The notes: generated from the letters alone by a model not told the origin. A stretch of DNA of 40,127 nucleotides from an uncultured Clostridia bacterium (GCA_947168405.1 CAMVLU010000003.1:1-40127); one strand, 5' to 3'. Shown: positions 17,931-27,691, counted from the first letter of the stretch. Numbers and translations are program-made.

Positions 17931-18194
17931 TTATTTTTCTTTTATTTTTGTAAGCTTGATTGTATATCCTAATGGTTCAACAATTTTTAGCAATGTGTTA
18001 ATTTGAGGAGATGTAATAGAATTTTCAATTCTTGCAATTGTCTCTCTAATAACATGACCATTGTCTGCCATTTCTTGTTGAGTTAATTTATGATTCTTTC
18101 TTAATTTAACGAAAGATTCAATAAATTCTCTTTCCAAACTTTCAAGTCTTTCTGCTCTTTTAGCATCAACTTTGTCAATCTTACTTTTAGTCAT
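17931..18194 (-). CDS. XRE-family helix-turn-helix protein
   Basis: LRKNHKLTQQEMA...RETIARIENSITSPQINTLLKI; start is ATG 18194 or GTG 18203. Confidence 0.85.
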   Translation of the reverse strand: MTKSKIDKVDAKRAERLESLEREFIESFVKLRKNHKLTQQEMADNGHVIRETIARIENSITSPQINTLLKIVEPLGYTIKLTKIKEK

Positions 18195-18271
18195 TTTTAC
18201 CACCCAAGATAATTGTATATAAAAAGTAGGAAATAATCAAGTCTTTTTTGTATATTTTTTGATTTTTTTAA

Positions 18272-19690
18272 TTATTTTTTATTATTTAATTCATTAATTA
18301 ACAAATCATTAGCAAGTTTAGGATTAACTGATCCTTTACTTTCTTTCATTACTTGTCCCATCAAATATTTAAGAGAGCGTTCATTTCCAGTTAAATAATC
18401 ATTAACAGCATCCTTATTTTCATCAATTATTTTATTAATTAATTCTAATACCTTAGAATTATCAACAACATTTTGAATATTCTTTTCTTTTAATAAATCA
18501 ACTAACTCTATATCTCTTTCTAATAAATCATTAACTATTTCTTTAAAGTTTTTATTACTTATTTCATTATTATCTAACTTTTTAATTAATTGTTCCATTT
18601 TAGTAGAATCTAATTTAGTATCAAAGATAGAAATATTTTTTTTATTTAAATAAGCACTTATATCACCAAGTAATAAATTAGATGCTGTTTTTAAATTAAC
18701 ATTATTTAAAGTTTCTAAATAATCACTTAAATCTTTATTAGCAATTATTTTATCAATATTAATATCACTTATCTTAGCATTTTTATATTTTTCTCTTCTA
18801 ACACTTGCCATAGTTGGAATAGTTTTAACTATATTATCAATATATTCATCAGTTAAAGTAAAATAAGGAATATCTGGTTCAGGAAAATAACGATAATCAT
18901 TACCTGTTTCTTTTACTCTCATTAAAATAGTTTTATCTAATTTAGCATCATATCTTCTTGTTTCTTCTTTTAAAGTTATTCCTTGTTCAAGTAATTCTTC
19001 TTGTCTTTTAGCATCATATTCAATTGCAAGACCAACATTAGTAATTGATCCAATATTCTTTATTTCAACTTTAGTTCCTAACTTATCAGATTTACTAATT
19101 GATATATTAGCATCACATCTCATAGAACCTTCTTCTATTTTACAATCGGATACATTAGCATATAATAGTAATTCTCTTAATCTTTCAAGATATAAAGTTG
19201 CTTCACGTGATGTGTGCATGCAAGGTTTAGTAACTATTTCAATTAAAGGTACTCCTGCTCTATTAAAATCAAGTAAAGTTTTTTCTTTAGAATGAATACT
19301 TTTAGCTGTATCTTCTTCAATATGCATTTCAAGTATTTCTATTTTTTTCTTTACTCCATCATCTTCTATTTCAATATATCCATCATAACCAATAGGAGTT
19401 CTCTCCTGTGTAATTTGAAAATTTTTAGGATTATCTGAATAAAAATAATTTTTACGATCAAAGTGTTGTGTTTTTCTAATTTTACAATTTAAAACATGAG
19501 CAGCTCTTATCGCAAGATCAACTGCTTCTTTATTTAGAGTTGGTAATGTTCCAGGATATCCTAAATCAATTATATTAGCATTATTATTAGCAAGTGTTCC
19601 ATATTTATTTATAGATGGAGAAAATAATTTTTCTTTGGTTTTTAATTCAACATGGACTTCAATTCCAATTGTTTTTTTATAATCACTCAT
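18272..19690 (-). CDS. gatB: Asp/Glu-tRNA amidotransferase subunit B
   Basis: IGIEVHVEL, FDRKNYFY, DFNRAGVPLIEIVT, DYRYFPEPD. Confidence 0.97.
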   Translation of the reverse strand: MSDYKKTIGIEVHVELKTKEKLFSPSINKYGTLANNNANIIDLGYPGTLPTLNKEAVDLAIRAAHVLNCKIRKTQHFDRKNYFYSDNPKNFQITQERTPIGYDGYIEIEDDGVKKKIEILEMHIEEDTAKSIHSKEKTLLDFNRAGVPLIEIVTKPCMHTSREATLYLERLRELLLYANVSDCKIEEGSMRCDANISISKSDKLGTKVEIKNIGSITNVGLAIEYDAKRQEELLEQGITLKEETRRYDAKLDKTILMRVKETGNDYRYFPEPDIPYFTLTDEYIDNIVKTIPTMASVRREKYKNAKISDINIDKIIANKDLSDYLETLNNVNLKTASNLLLGDISAYLNKKNISIFDTKLDSTKMEQLIKKLDNNEISNKNFKEIVNDLLERDIELVDLLKEKNIQNVVDNSKVLELINKIIDENKDAVNDYLTGNERSLKYLMGQVMKESKGSVNPKLANDLLINELNNKK

Positions 19691-21125
19691 TATGTCCTCC
19701 TAAATCTAAATTTAATTTTTTTTCTAAAAAATCTCCTAATTGATAAATCTTTGCTTCATCCATGCGATTACCCATTATTTGTAAACCAATTGGCATTTTA
19801 TCAATAAACCCCATAGGAATATTCATTGCAGGAAATCCTCCCATATTTGCATGCATTACTAAAACATCATCCATAAAACTTCTTAAAGGATCATCATTAG
19901 AACTATTCAAATCATAAGCAACCCGACTACTTGTTGGTCCAAGTATTAAATCATAATCTTTAAAGACATTTTCAAAACTCTTTTTTAAATCATCTCTAAT
20001 TTGTAAAGCTTTATTATAATATATTTTAGCATTTTCACCACTTAAAAGTAATGATCCAACCATTATTCTTCTTTTAACTTCACGACCAAATCCTTCAGTT
20101 CTTGTTTTCTTATAAATATCTTCTAAAGTATTACCTGGAATAGATAAACCATATCTTATACCATCAAATCTAGCTAAATTACTACTTGCTTCACCCATTG
20201 CAATAATTTGATATAAAACAACAGCTTTATCCATATATTTAATATCAACATAATCTACTTGACATCCAAAAATCTTTAATAATTCAATTGTTTTATTAAA
20301 TTCATCTAAAACATTTTTTTCAACTATATCAGAAACAAAATATTTAGGAATAGCAATTTTTAAATCTTTAACATCTTTACCAATTAATCTTGTAAAGTCT
20401 TCATTAGTATCAACACTTGTTAAATCTTTATCATCTTTTTTACAAATAGCATTTAAAAGAATTGCATTTTCATAGACATTTCTTGTCATTGGTCCAATTT
20501 GATCAAGACTTGATGCAAAAGCTACTAATCCAAAACGAGATACTCTACCATAAGTTGGTTTCATTCCAACTATTCCCGTAAATGATGAAGGTTGACGAAT
20601 TGAACCTCCTGTATCACTTCCTAAAGCTAAAGGAACAATTCCACTTGATACAGAAACAGCTGATCCTCCACTAGATCCTCCTGGAACTTTTCTATGATTC
20701 CAAGGATTAACTGGTGTTCCAAAATAACTTGTTTCAGACGTTGAGCCCATTGCAAATTCATCCATATTAGTTTTTCCAACAATAATCATATTATTTTCTT
20801 TAATAAGTTTTACAACACTAGCATCATAAATACTTACAAAATTATCTAAAATATGAGATGCACATGTACATTTCAAATCTTTAACCATGATATTATCTTT
20901 AATTGCAATAGGAATACCAAATAATAAATTATCTTTAGGAATATCTATATTTTCAAGTTCAATTGCTTTCTTTTTTGCTCCTTCAATATCAAAAGTTATA
21001 AAAGCATTTAATTCATTATTATTATATCTTTCATTTACTTCTTCGATTAAATCAATAGGTTTTATTTTTTTATTTAATAATAATTCATGTATTTCTTTAA
21101 TACTTAAATCTAAATATTTACTCAT
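19683..21125 (-). CDS. gatA: Asp/Glu-tRNA amidotransferase subunit A
   Basis: GKTNMDEFAMGS, PGGSSGGSA, GSDTGGSIRQP amidase signature. Confidence 0.97.
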   Translation of the reverse strand: MSKYLDLSIKEIHELLLNKKIKPIDLIEEVNERYNNNELNAFITFDIEGAKKKAIELENIDIPKDNLLFGIPIAIKDNIMVKDLKCTCASHILDNFVSIYDASVVKLIKENNMIIVGKTNMDEFAMGSTSETSYFGTPVNPWNHRKVPGGSSGGSAVSVSSGIVPLALGSDTGGSIRQPSSFTGIVGMKPTYGRVSRFGLVAFASSLDQIGPMTRNVYENAILLNAICKKDDKDLTSVDTNEDFTRLIGKDVKDLKIAIPKYFVSDIVEKNVLDEFNKTIELLKIFGCQVDYVDIKYMDKAVVLYQIIAMGEASSNLARFDGIRYGLSIPGNTLEDIYKKTRTEGFGREVKRRIMVGSLLLSGENAKIYYNKALQIRDDLKKSFENVFKDYDLILGPTSSRVAYDLNSSNDDPLRSFMDDVLVMHANMGGFPAMNIPMGFIDKMPIGLQIMGNRMDEAKIYQLGDFLEKKLNLDLGGHNE

Positions 21126-21414
21126 CTCTTAACACCTCAGCTTCAACTGATACAAAATTTCCTTTTTTACTTGGAACATTTTTTAATATATCAGCATCAT
21201 TTATCTTTAAAGAATCATTTTCTCTTAAAGATGTATTACTTTCCCAAGGAGCAATTAATAAATCTTCATCAAAATCATTTAATTCTTTTATCTTATCAAT
21301 TTCCATAATCATTTTTTTTAATTCTATTTGATATTTTACTATTTCTTCATCTGTTGCATTAAGTCTTGCTAAATCAAGAACATGTAATACTTCTTCTCTA
21401 GTTAATTTATCCAT
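21118..21414 (-). CDS. gatC: Asp/Glu-tRNA amidotransferase subunit C
   Basis: LTREEVLHVLDLARL; position before gatA; GGAGG RBS favours ATG at 21414. Confidence 0.9.
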   Translation of the reverse strand: MDKLTREEVLHVLDLARLNATDEEIVKYQIELKKMIMEIDKIKELNDFDEDLLIAPWESNTSLRENDSLKINDADILKNVPSKKGNFVSVEAEVLRDE

Positions 21415-21473
21415 ATATTCCTCCAAATCTATATGTATTATACAATAATATTAGTAAAAATAAAAGGATATTT

Positions 21474-22319
21474 TTATACCCCTTTATTAAAATCTTTTAT
21501 AATATTTAAAATATTTTTAATTTCTTTAATATCTTTACTTTGTTTATATTTTTCTTTAATTAGTTTTTCTTCTATTAAATCTTTATCTTTTTTAATTTTT
21601 TTATACTTACTTTCTAATTTTTCTTTAATTAAAACAATAGCTTCTTCATCACTTATTTTATTATCACTTTCAACATTTAAAATACTATAAGTATTTTTTT
21701 TATTTTTAAATTTATCTTTTAATTTTAATAAATATTTACTACTTTTTTCATGTGTTTCATATATCATAAAACTATATAATATATTTTCTATTACAGGATC
21801 TGTTTTAATTAAATATCCATATTTATTTTTTAATTTTGCATAACAAACAACAACAAACTCTTGATATGTTTTATCCATATTTTCATTTTCAAATTTATCT
21901 AATTTAATACTTTTTAAATTAAACTTTTGATAAAAATATAATATTATTAATATCCATATAAAGTTTTTAAAAACATCAATATCTATAAAAGCATATTCAA
22001 CTTTTAATAAAAAGAAATGATAAACACATAAACCAAATATTAATGATAAAAATATATTAACATAATAAACTTTTTCATTTTTAAATAAACCTTGTTTAGT
22101 TATTATAAACACATATATAAAATCTAAAACAAGATAAAAGAATAATAAAAGAATCATATAATCTTTTAATTTAGGAAAAATACAAGCTAATATTATCATA
22201 CTGATATTTGGTATAACAATTGTATCTATCCTATTTAATTTATTTTCCTTTAAGATATTCATCATGAAAAATAAAACTATAGCAAGTAATAATTCAATTA
22301 CAATAATCAATAAATTCAT
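21474..22319 (-). CDS. Hypothetical membrane protein (about 5 TM plus soluble C-terminal domain)
   Basis: Long ORF, hydrophobic N-terminal half, Lys-rich C-terminal half; GGGGGA RBS before ATG at 22319. Confidence 0.65.
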   Translation of the reverse strand: MNLLIIVIELLLAIVLFFMMNILKENKLNRIDTIVIPNISMIILACIFPKLKDYMILLLFFYLVLDFIYVFIITKQGLFKNEKVYYVNIFLSLIFGLCVYHFFLLKVEYAFIDIDVFKNFIWILIILYFYQKFNLKSIKLDKFENENMDKTYQEFVVVCYAKLKNKYGYLIKTDPVIENILYSFMIYETHEKSSKYLLKLKDKFKNKKNTYSILNVESDNKISDEEAIVLIKEKLESKYKKIKKDKDLIEEKLIKEKYKQSKDIKEIKNILNIIKDFNKGV

Positions 22320-22398
22320 AATATCCCCCAAAATCAAGCATATTATATCACATAATTAATATTTTGACAAATATTATAGATTATGATATGATACATAT

Positions 22399-22508
22399 GA
22401 ATGAAGGAAACTTCATATAATAAAAAAGGATACGTTCTGAACCAGAAATCAGACGTTTTCCCAAAGGGTTACATCTGAAATCAACTTAGTTGAAATCAGA
22501 TGTTTTTT
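22399..22508 (+). ncRNA. Putative type I antitoxin sRNA, copy 1 (about 110 nt)
   Basis: TTGACA(22364)-17-TATGAT(22387) with extended TG; 5' hairpin ATGAAG-GAAA-CTTCAT; terminator ACATCTGA...TCAGATGT plus T run; antisense to the toxin 3' UTR. Confidence 0.65.
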
Positions 22509-22586
22509 CTATTTTATAAGTATTAATATAATCACTATAAAAAGAAGTAATATTATAATAAATTGAGATATTTCTCGCTTTGTCAT
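22509..22586 (-). CDS. Putative type I toxin, 25-aa single-TM peptide, copy 1
   Basis: MTKREISQFIIILLLFIVIILILIK; RBS AAAGGTGGTGA; promoter TTGTAT(22685-22690)-17-TATAAT(22662-22667). Confidence 0.7.
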   Translation of the reverse strand: MTKREISQFIIILLLFIVIILILIK

Positions 22587-22741
22587 ACATATCACCACCT
22601 TTCTTTTATCATTTGATAATTGAAAGGGAAAACATCTGATATTTCAAACGTATCCAAGATAATTATAGCAAATATGTTTTTGAGATACAAGATAAAAACC
22701 TTACTTTTGACAAATATTATAGATTATGATATGATACATAT

Positions 22742-22851
22742 GAATGAAGGAAACTTCATATAATAAAAAAGGATACGTTCTGAACCAGAAATCAGACGTT
22801 TTCCCAAAGGGTTACATCTGAAATCAACTTAGTTGAAATCAGATGTTTTTT
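22742..22851 (+). ncRNA. Putative type I antitoxin sRNA, copy 2
   Basis: Same sequence as copy 1, offset 343 bp. Confidence 0.65.
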
Positions 22852-22929
22852 CTATTTTATAAGTATTAATATAATCACTATAAAAAGAAGTAATATTATA
22901 ATAAATTGAGATATTTCTCGCTTTGTCAT
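22852..22929 (-). CDS. Putative type I toxin, 25-aa peptide, copy 2
   Basis: Same sequence as copy 1, offset 343 bp. Confidence 0.7.
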   Translation of the reverse strand: MTKREISQFIIILLLFIVIILILIK

Positions 22930-23040
22930 ACATATCACCACCTTTCTTTTATCATTTGATAATTGAAAGGGAAAACATCTGATATTTCAAACGTATCCAA
23001 GATAATTATAGCAAATATGTTTTTGAGATACAAGGCAAAA

Positions 23041-23067
23041 TTAAAAATAGGATTATATAATCCTATT
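23041..23067 (-). terminator. Intrinsic terminator after hsp20
   Basis: Palindrome ATAGGATTATATAATCCTAT overlapping the stop codon, followed by Ts on the minus strand. Confidence 0.6.
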
Positions 23068-23428
23068 CAATTGTTATATGTTTTTTAGTTACTTCACTCT
23101 TTTGAGGAATTGTTAAATGAAGAACCCCATTAGTATATTCAGCTTTAATATTATCTTCATCAATATCATTAAAGTAGAAAGATCTTTCTAGTTTATTATA
23201 TCTTCTTTCATGACGAATATATTTTTTATTTTCGTTGTTTTCTTTTTCCTCATGTTCTGCTTTAATACTAATAGTTCCTTTATGAAATTCTATTTGAATA
23301 TCTTCTTTATTAAATCCTGGAATATCTATATCAACATGATATTTTCCATTTTTTAAATAAATATCTGAATCCATTCTTTTTATATTTACATCATCTAACA
23401 TACTATCATAAAACATCTTTGGTAACAC
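23063..23428 (-). CDS. Hsp20/alpha-crystallin small heat-shock protein
   Basis: DIPGFNKEDIQI, RHERRY...ERSF, IKAEYTNGVLHLTIPQ. Confidence 0.93.
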   Translation of the reverse strand: MLPKMFYDSMLDDVNIKRMDSDIYLKNGKYHVDIDIPGFNKEDIQIEFHKGTISIKAEHEEKENNENKKYIRHERRYNKLERSFYFNDIDEDNIKAEYTNGVLHLTIPQKSEVTKKHITIE

Positions 23429-23441
23429 AATATCACTCTCC

Positions 23442-25322
23442 TTATTTACTCATCATATCACATATTAAATTAGTAATTTCTGTTGGATTTTCAATAGTTA
23501 ATCCTTCAATTAATCTAGCTGTTCCATATAATATTTTGGTATAATTTTTTAATTCATCCATTTCTCTATTTTCAAATAATTCTTGTATTTTTTTACTAAT
23601 TGGATGATTTTCATTTATTTCAAGTATTTTATTTGCTTGAACATTTTCTCCATTAGGCATAGCATTTAAAACTTTTTCCATTTCAAGAGATACTTCACCT
23701 TCTGATACTAAACAAACTGGATGATTTTTTAGTTTATTTGTATAACGAATTTCTTTAACGGTATCGCCTAAAATTTCTTTCATAGAAGTAAATAATTCTT
23801 TAGAATCTTCATTTTTCTTTTTTAATTCTTTCTTTTCTTCTTCACTTGAAAGATCAAAATCACTGTTTTGAACATTAACAAAATTCTTTTCTTTATATCC
23901 TCCCATGGTTTTAATAACAAATTCATCTAAATAATTAGTAAAGAATAATACTTCTTTTCCTTTTGCTAATGCATCTTCAACAGATGGTAACATTTTTATT
24001 TTATCAATAGTTTCACCTGATGCATAATAAATAAGTTTATCATCACCCATACGACTAACATACTCGTCAAGTGTTACTAATTTTTCTTCTGATGATGAAT
24101 AGAAAAGTAATAAATCACCTAGTAACTCTTTATTCATTCCAAAACTAGAATATATTCCATATTTAATTTGTTCTCCAAATGCTTCATAGAATTTTTCATA
24201 ATTTTCTCTATCATCTTTTAACATTGTTTCTAATTCGCGTTTTACTTTAGTTTCAATATTCTTAGCAATTAATTTAATTTGTCTATCTTCTTGCATCGTT
24301 TCTCTTGAGATATTTAAAGAGATATCTTCACTATCAACAATACCTTTAACAAAACTAAAATAATCAGGAAGTAAATCAGCACATTTATCCATAATCATTA
24401 CACCTTTAGAATATAACATTAATCCTTTTTCATATTCTTTTGTATAGTAATTATATGGTGCATGACTTGGAATAAATAATAAGGCATTATAACTTGTTAA
24501 TCCTTCAACATCACTTTTAATAACTTTTAAAGGCTTTTCATAATCATAGAATTTATCTGTATAAAAATCATTATATTCTTCGTCTTTAACATCTTTTTGT
24601 TTCTTTTTCCAGATAGGAATACGACTATTTAATACTTCTACTTCTTTATGCTTTTCAATCTTTTTGGTTTTTTCATCTTCATGTTCATGTTCTATTTCCA
24701 TCTTAATTGGATATTTTATATAATCAGAATATTTTTTAACAATTCTTTCAATTGTATAAGTATCTAAATATTCATCATAACTTACATCATCTGTATTATC
24801 TTTTAAATATAGAGTTATTTCAGTTCCATTAGATTCTTTTTCACTTTCATCTATTGTATATCCATCTACTCCATCACTTTCCCATAGATATGCTTTATCA
24901 TCATTAATACTTTTACTTAATACTTTTACTTTTTTAGCAATCATAAAACTTGAATAAAATCCAACTCCAAATTGTCCAATTATTTCTAAGTTTTTAGAAT
25001 CAGAATTTTCTTCTTTAAATAATTCTGTTCCACTTTTAGCAATTGTTCCTAAATTATTTTCAAGTTCTTCTTTAGTCATACCAATACCATTATCAATTAT
25101 TTTAATAGTACGATTTTCTTTATCAAGTTCTAACTTTATTTCTAAATCTTCTTTATTTACTTTTATTTCTCCATTTGTACTAGATAAAAAATATAATTTA
25201 TCTAAGGCATCACTTGAATTTGATATTAATTCTCTTAAGAATATCTCCTTATTAGTATAAATAGAATTAATCATCATATTTAATAATTTTTTTGATTCTG
25301 CTTTAAATTCTTTCTTTTTCAT
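23442..25322 (-). CDS. htpG: Chaperone HtpG (Hsp90)
   Basis: IYTNKEIFLRELISNSSDALDK, DNGIGM, LGTIAKSGT, IGQFGVGFYSSF. Confidence 0.97.
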   Translation of the reverse strand: MKKKEFKAESKKLLNMMINSIYTNKEIFLRELISNSSDALDKLYFLSSTNGEIKVNKEDLEIKLELDKENRTIKIIDNGIGMTKEELENNLGTIAKSGTELFKEENSDSKNLEIIGQFGVGFYSSFMIAKKVKVLSKSINDDKAYLWESDGVDGYTIDESEKESNGTEITLYLKDNTDDVSYDEYLDTYTIERIVKKYSDYIKYPIKMEIEHEHEDEKTKKIEKHKEVEVLNSRIPIWKKKQKDVKDEEYNDFYTDKFYDYEKPLKVIKSDVEGLTSYNALLFIPSHAPYNYYTKEYEKGLMLYSKGVMIMDKCADLLPDYFSFVKGIVDSEDISLNISRETMQEDRQIKLIAKNIETKVKRELETMLKDDRENYEKFYEAFGEQIKYGIYSSFGMNKELLGDLLLFYSSSEEKLVTLDEYVSRMGDDKLIYYASGETIDKIKMLPSVEDALAKGKEVLFFTNYLDEFVIKTMGGYKEKNFVNVQNSDFDLSSEEEKKELKKKNEDSKELFTSMKEILGDTVKEIRYTNKLKNHPVCLVSEGEVSLEMEKVLNAMPNGENVQANKILEINENHPISKKIQELFENREMDELKNYTKILYGTARLIEGLTIENPTEITNLICDMMSK

Positions 25323-25344
25323 GTTTCCTCCTCATTTCAAATTC

Positions 25345-25386
25345 ATAATATCACTTATTTTAGCACTTGTCAACAGAAAGTGCTAA
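25345..25386 (-). promoter_or_regulatory. CIRCE (HrcA operator) overlapping the sigma-A -35 of htpG
   Basis: TTAGCACTT-N9-AAGTGCTAA at 25360-25386; TTGACA(25368-25373)-17-TATTAT(25345-25350). Confidence 0.85.
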
Positions 25387-25393
25387 TTTATTT

Positions 25394-25423
25394 CAAAAAA
25401 AATATCCACATTATTGTGGATAA
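25394..25423 (-). terminator. Intrinsic terminator of the ribosomal cluster after rplQ
   Basis: Hairpin TATCCACA-TTAT-TGTGGATA followed by a T run on the minus strand. Confidence 0.75.
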
Positions 25424-25426
25424 ATT

Positions 25427-25771
25427 TTATTTTACTAATTCTATGATAGAGATTAGAGCTCCATCTCCTCTTCTTTCATCTAATTTTAAGATTCTTGTGT
25501 ATCCGCCATTTCTTCCTTCATAACGTTTTGCTAAATCATTAAATACTTTATTAACAACTTCTGTATCATTATGTAAGAATGCTAATGCTAGTCTACGTGA
25601 TACTAAATCTCCTTTTTTACCATAAGTAATCATTTTATCAACAAATTTACGAACTTCTTTAGCTCTTGTATCTGTTGTTTCAATTCTTTCTTTCATGATT
25701 ACGTCTCTAGTTAAATTAGAAAGCATACTTTTTCTATGTTTATTGGTTACACCTAATTTTCTATAAGCCAT
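25427..25771 (-). CDS. rplQ: 50S ribosomal protein bL17
   Basis: MAYRKLG...[11 protein letters not shown]. Confidence 0.97.
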   Translation of the reverse strand: MAYRKLGVTNKHRKSMLSNLTRDVIMKERIETTDTRAKEVRKFVDKMITYGKKGDLVSRRLALAFLHNDTEVVNKVFNDLAKRYEGRNGGYTRILKLDERRGDGALISIIELVK

Positions 25772-25780
25772 AATTTCCTC

Positions 25781-26752
25781 CTAATCTTCATCACGTAATG
25801 ATAGGTTCATTTCTTTAATTTTATCTAATACTTCTTTTAAAGATTTCTTTCCTAAATTACGTATTTTCATAAAGTCACTTTGTTTTTTATCAACTAAATC
25901 TTTAAGTGTCTTTATATTTGCTCTTTTTAAGCAATTAAATGTTCTAACAGAGAAATCTAAATCTTCAATTGGAGTTTCTAATTCCTTTGATTTACTATCT
26001 TCTGTTTTTTCTACCATTAATCCTGTTAAGTCTTTAATACTACTTAAATCAGATAAAATGTTAAAATGTGCTATTAAAATCTTTGCTGCTAATCCTACTG
26101 CTTCTTGAGGTTTCATACTTCCGTTAGTCCAAACATTTAAAATTAATTTATCATAATTTTCGTTTTGACCAACACGAGCATTGTCAACTTCATAAGATAC
26201 TCTTTCAATTGGAGAATACAATGAATCGATTGCAATAGTTCCAACTTTCTTAATATCAAGAAGTTTTTTATTTTCTTCACTTCTTACATATCCACGACCA
26301 TTTGTAACAGTCATTTCCATTACTAAATGAGCTCCACGACTAATAGTTGCAATATGTAAATCAGGGTTAATTACTTCAAGATCAGGATCAAGCATAAAGT
26401 CTCCTGCTTTAATTTCTTTTTCATCTTCGTCACATGTAATATCTAACTTCATCATTTTCATTTCATCAGAATGATTTTTAACAACTAAACTCTTTAGATT
26501 TAAAATAATAGTTGTAACGTCTTCAATTACTCCATCAATTGTTTGAAATTCATGTTGTACACCTTCAATTTTTACACTAGAAATAGCACTTCCTGGAAGA
26601 CTTGATAATAATACTCTTCTTAAAGCATTACCTAATGTATTTCCAAATCCTCTTTCAAGTGGTTCTAATTCGAACTTTCCATAAAAATTATTTTCTACAT
26701 AATCTGTTACTTTATAAACTGGTTTTTCAAATGGTATTTCAAAATTTGCCAT
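25781..26752 (-). CDS. rpoA: RNA polymerase alpha subunit
   Basis: LEPLERGFGNTLGNALRRVLLSSLPG; SVRTFNCLKRA. Confidence 0.98.
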   Translation of the reverse strand: MANFEIPFEKPVYKVTDYVENNFYGKFELEPLERGFGNTLGNALRRVLLSSLPGSAISSVKIEGVQHEFQTIDGVIEDVTTIILNLKSLVVKNHSDEMKMMKLDITCDEDEKEIKAGDFMLDPDLEVINPDLHIATISRGAHLVMEMTVTNGRGYVRSEENKKLLDIKKVGTIAIDSLYSPIERVSYEVDNARVGQNENYDKLILNVWTNGSMKPQEAVGLAAKILIAHFNILSDLSSIKDLTGLMVEKTEDSKSKELETPIEDLDFSVRTFNCLKRANIKTLKDLVDKKQSDFMKIRNLGKKSLKEVLDKIKEMNLSLRDED

Positions 26753-26774
26753 ATTCCCTCCTTATTAACCTTTT

Positions 26775-27158
26775 TTATCCTCTAGGACGTTTTGGTGGAC
26801 GACATCCATTATGTGGAATTGGTGTTACATCACTTATTGATGTAATCTCAAGTCCGGCTGTTTGAAGTGAACGAATTGCTGTTTCACGTCCTGGTCCAAG
26901 ACCTTTAACATATACATCTACTTTACGCATTCCTGCATCAAATGCTTTCTTTCCAGCTGCCTCACTTGCTAATCCTGCAGCAAATGGAGTAGATTTTTTA
27001 GAACCTTTAAATCCAATAGCTCCAGCACTTGCCCAAGCTATTGCATTACCTTCTTTATCAGATAAAGTAACGATTGTGTTGTTGAAAGTTGCATGAATAT
27101 GTGCAATTCCTTCAGGCACATTCTTTTTTACTTTTCTTTTTCTTTGTTTATATGCCAT
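26775..27158 (-). CDS. rpsK: 30S ribosomal protein uS11
   Basis: [12 protein letters not shown]; [14 protein letters not shown]. Confidence 0.98.
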   Translation of the reverse strand: MAYKQRKRKVKKNVPEGIAHIHATFNNTIVTLSDKEGNAIAWASAGAIGFKGSKKSTPFAAGLASEAAGKKAFDAGMRKVDVYVKGLGPGRETAIRSLQTAGLEITSISDVTPIPHNGCRPPKRPRG

Positions 27159-27184
27159 AGTTTAACCTCCTTTTTTATTTTAAA

Positions 27185-27550
27185 CTACTTTTTCTTATTA
27201 GCTACGGTTTTACCTTTACCTTTACGAGTACGAGCATTTCTATTTGTTCTTTGTCCTCTTACTGGTAAACCTTTTTTATGACGAGTACCTTGATAAGAAT
27301 TAATTTCCATTTTCGTTTTAATATTCATATTAACTTCACGACGTAAATCTCCTTCAGTTAAATGTTTATTAATTTCATCTCTTAACTTATTTAATTCTTC
27401 TACATCAAGTTCTCCTGCTTTTTTAGTTGGTTCAACTCCTGCAGCTTCACATATTGTTTTTGCAAGATTACGACCAATTCCATAAATATAAGTTAAAGAT
27501 ATAACAATATGTTTATCATTTGGTATATCTACACCTTTAATACGTGCCAT
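27185..27550 (-). CDS. rpsM: 30S ribosomal protein uS13
   Basis: LTYIYGIG; GLPVRGQRT. Confidence 0.98.
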   Translation of the reverse strand: MARIKGVDIPNDKHIVISLTYIYGIGRNLAKTICEAAGVEPTKKAGELDVEELNKLRDEINKHLTEGDLRREVNMNIKTKMEINSYQGTRHKKGLPVRGQRTNRNARTRKGKGKTVANKKK

Positions 27551-27565
27551 ATATTCTACCTCCTA

Positions 27566-27679
27566 TTATCCTTGGGTTTGTTTGTGTTTTGGGTTTTCAC
27601 AAATTACCATTACTTTACCTTTTCTTTTAATAACTTTGCATTTAGCACAAATTGGTTTTACAGATGGTTTTACTTTCAT
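27566..27679 (-). CDS. rpmJ: 50S ribosomal protein bL36 (Zn-ribbon type; below the ORF-track cutoff)
   Basis: Hand translation [37 protein letters not shown]. Confidence 0.97.
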   Translation of the reverse strand: MKVKPSVKPICAKCKVIKRKGKVMVICENPKHKQTQG

Positions 27680-27691
27680 ATATTTTCCCTC

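Larger units (their letters stand above)
22362..23034. repeat. Tandem direct repeat, 2 x 330 bp (22362-22691 and 22705-23034), 13-bp spacer
   Basis: Copies appear identical by eye from TTTTGACAAAT to TGAGATACAAG; period 343 bp. Confidence 0.93.

Noticed and set aside
22486-22590. Alternative 34-aa ORF from ATG 22590 (MYDKARNISIYY...)
   Set aside because: Too close to the SD and without recognisable character; the ATG at 22586 has better spacing and gives a clean TM peptide.
22362-23034. CRISPR array or MITE/IS explanation for the repeat
   Set aside because: Only two 330-bp units, no short repeat-spacer periodicity, no cas or transposase gene; the inverted repeats are internal and fit mRNA folding.
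25402-25423. DnaA boxes (TTATCCACA) suggesting oriC
   Set aside because: One perfect and one imperfect box form the two arms of the rplQ terminator hairpin; no box cluster or dnaA nearby.
26752-26775. Absence of rpsD between rpsK and rpoA
   Set aside because: Normal for Bacilli, where rpsD lies elsewhere.
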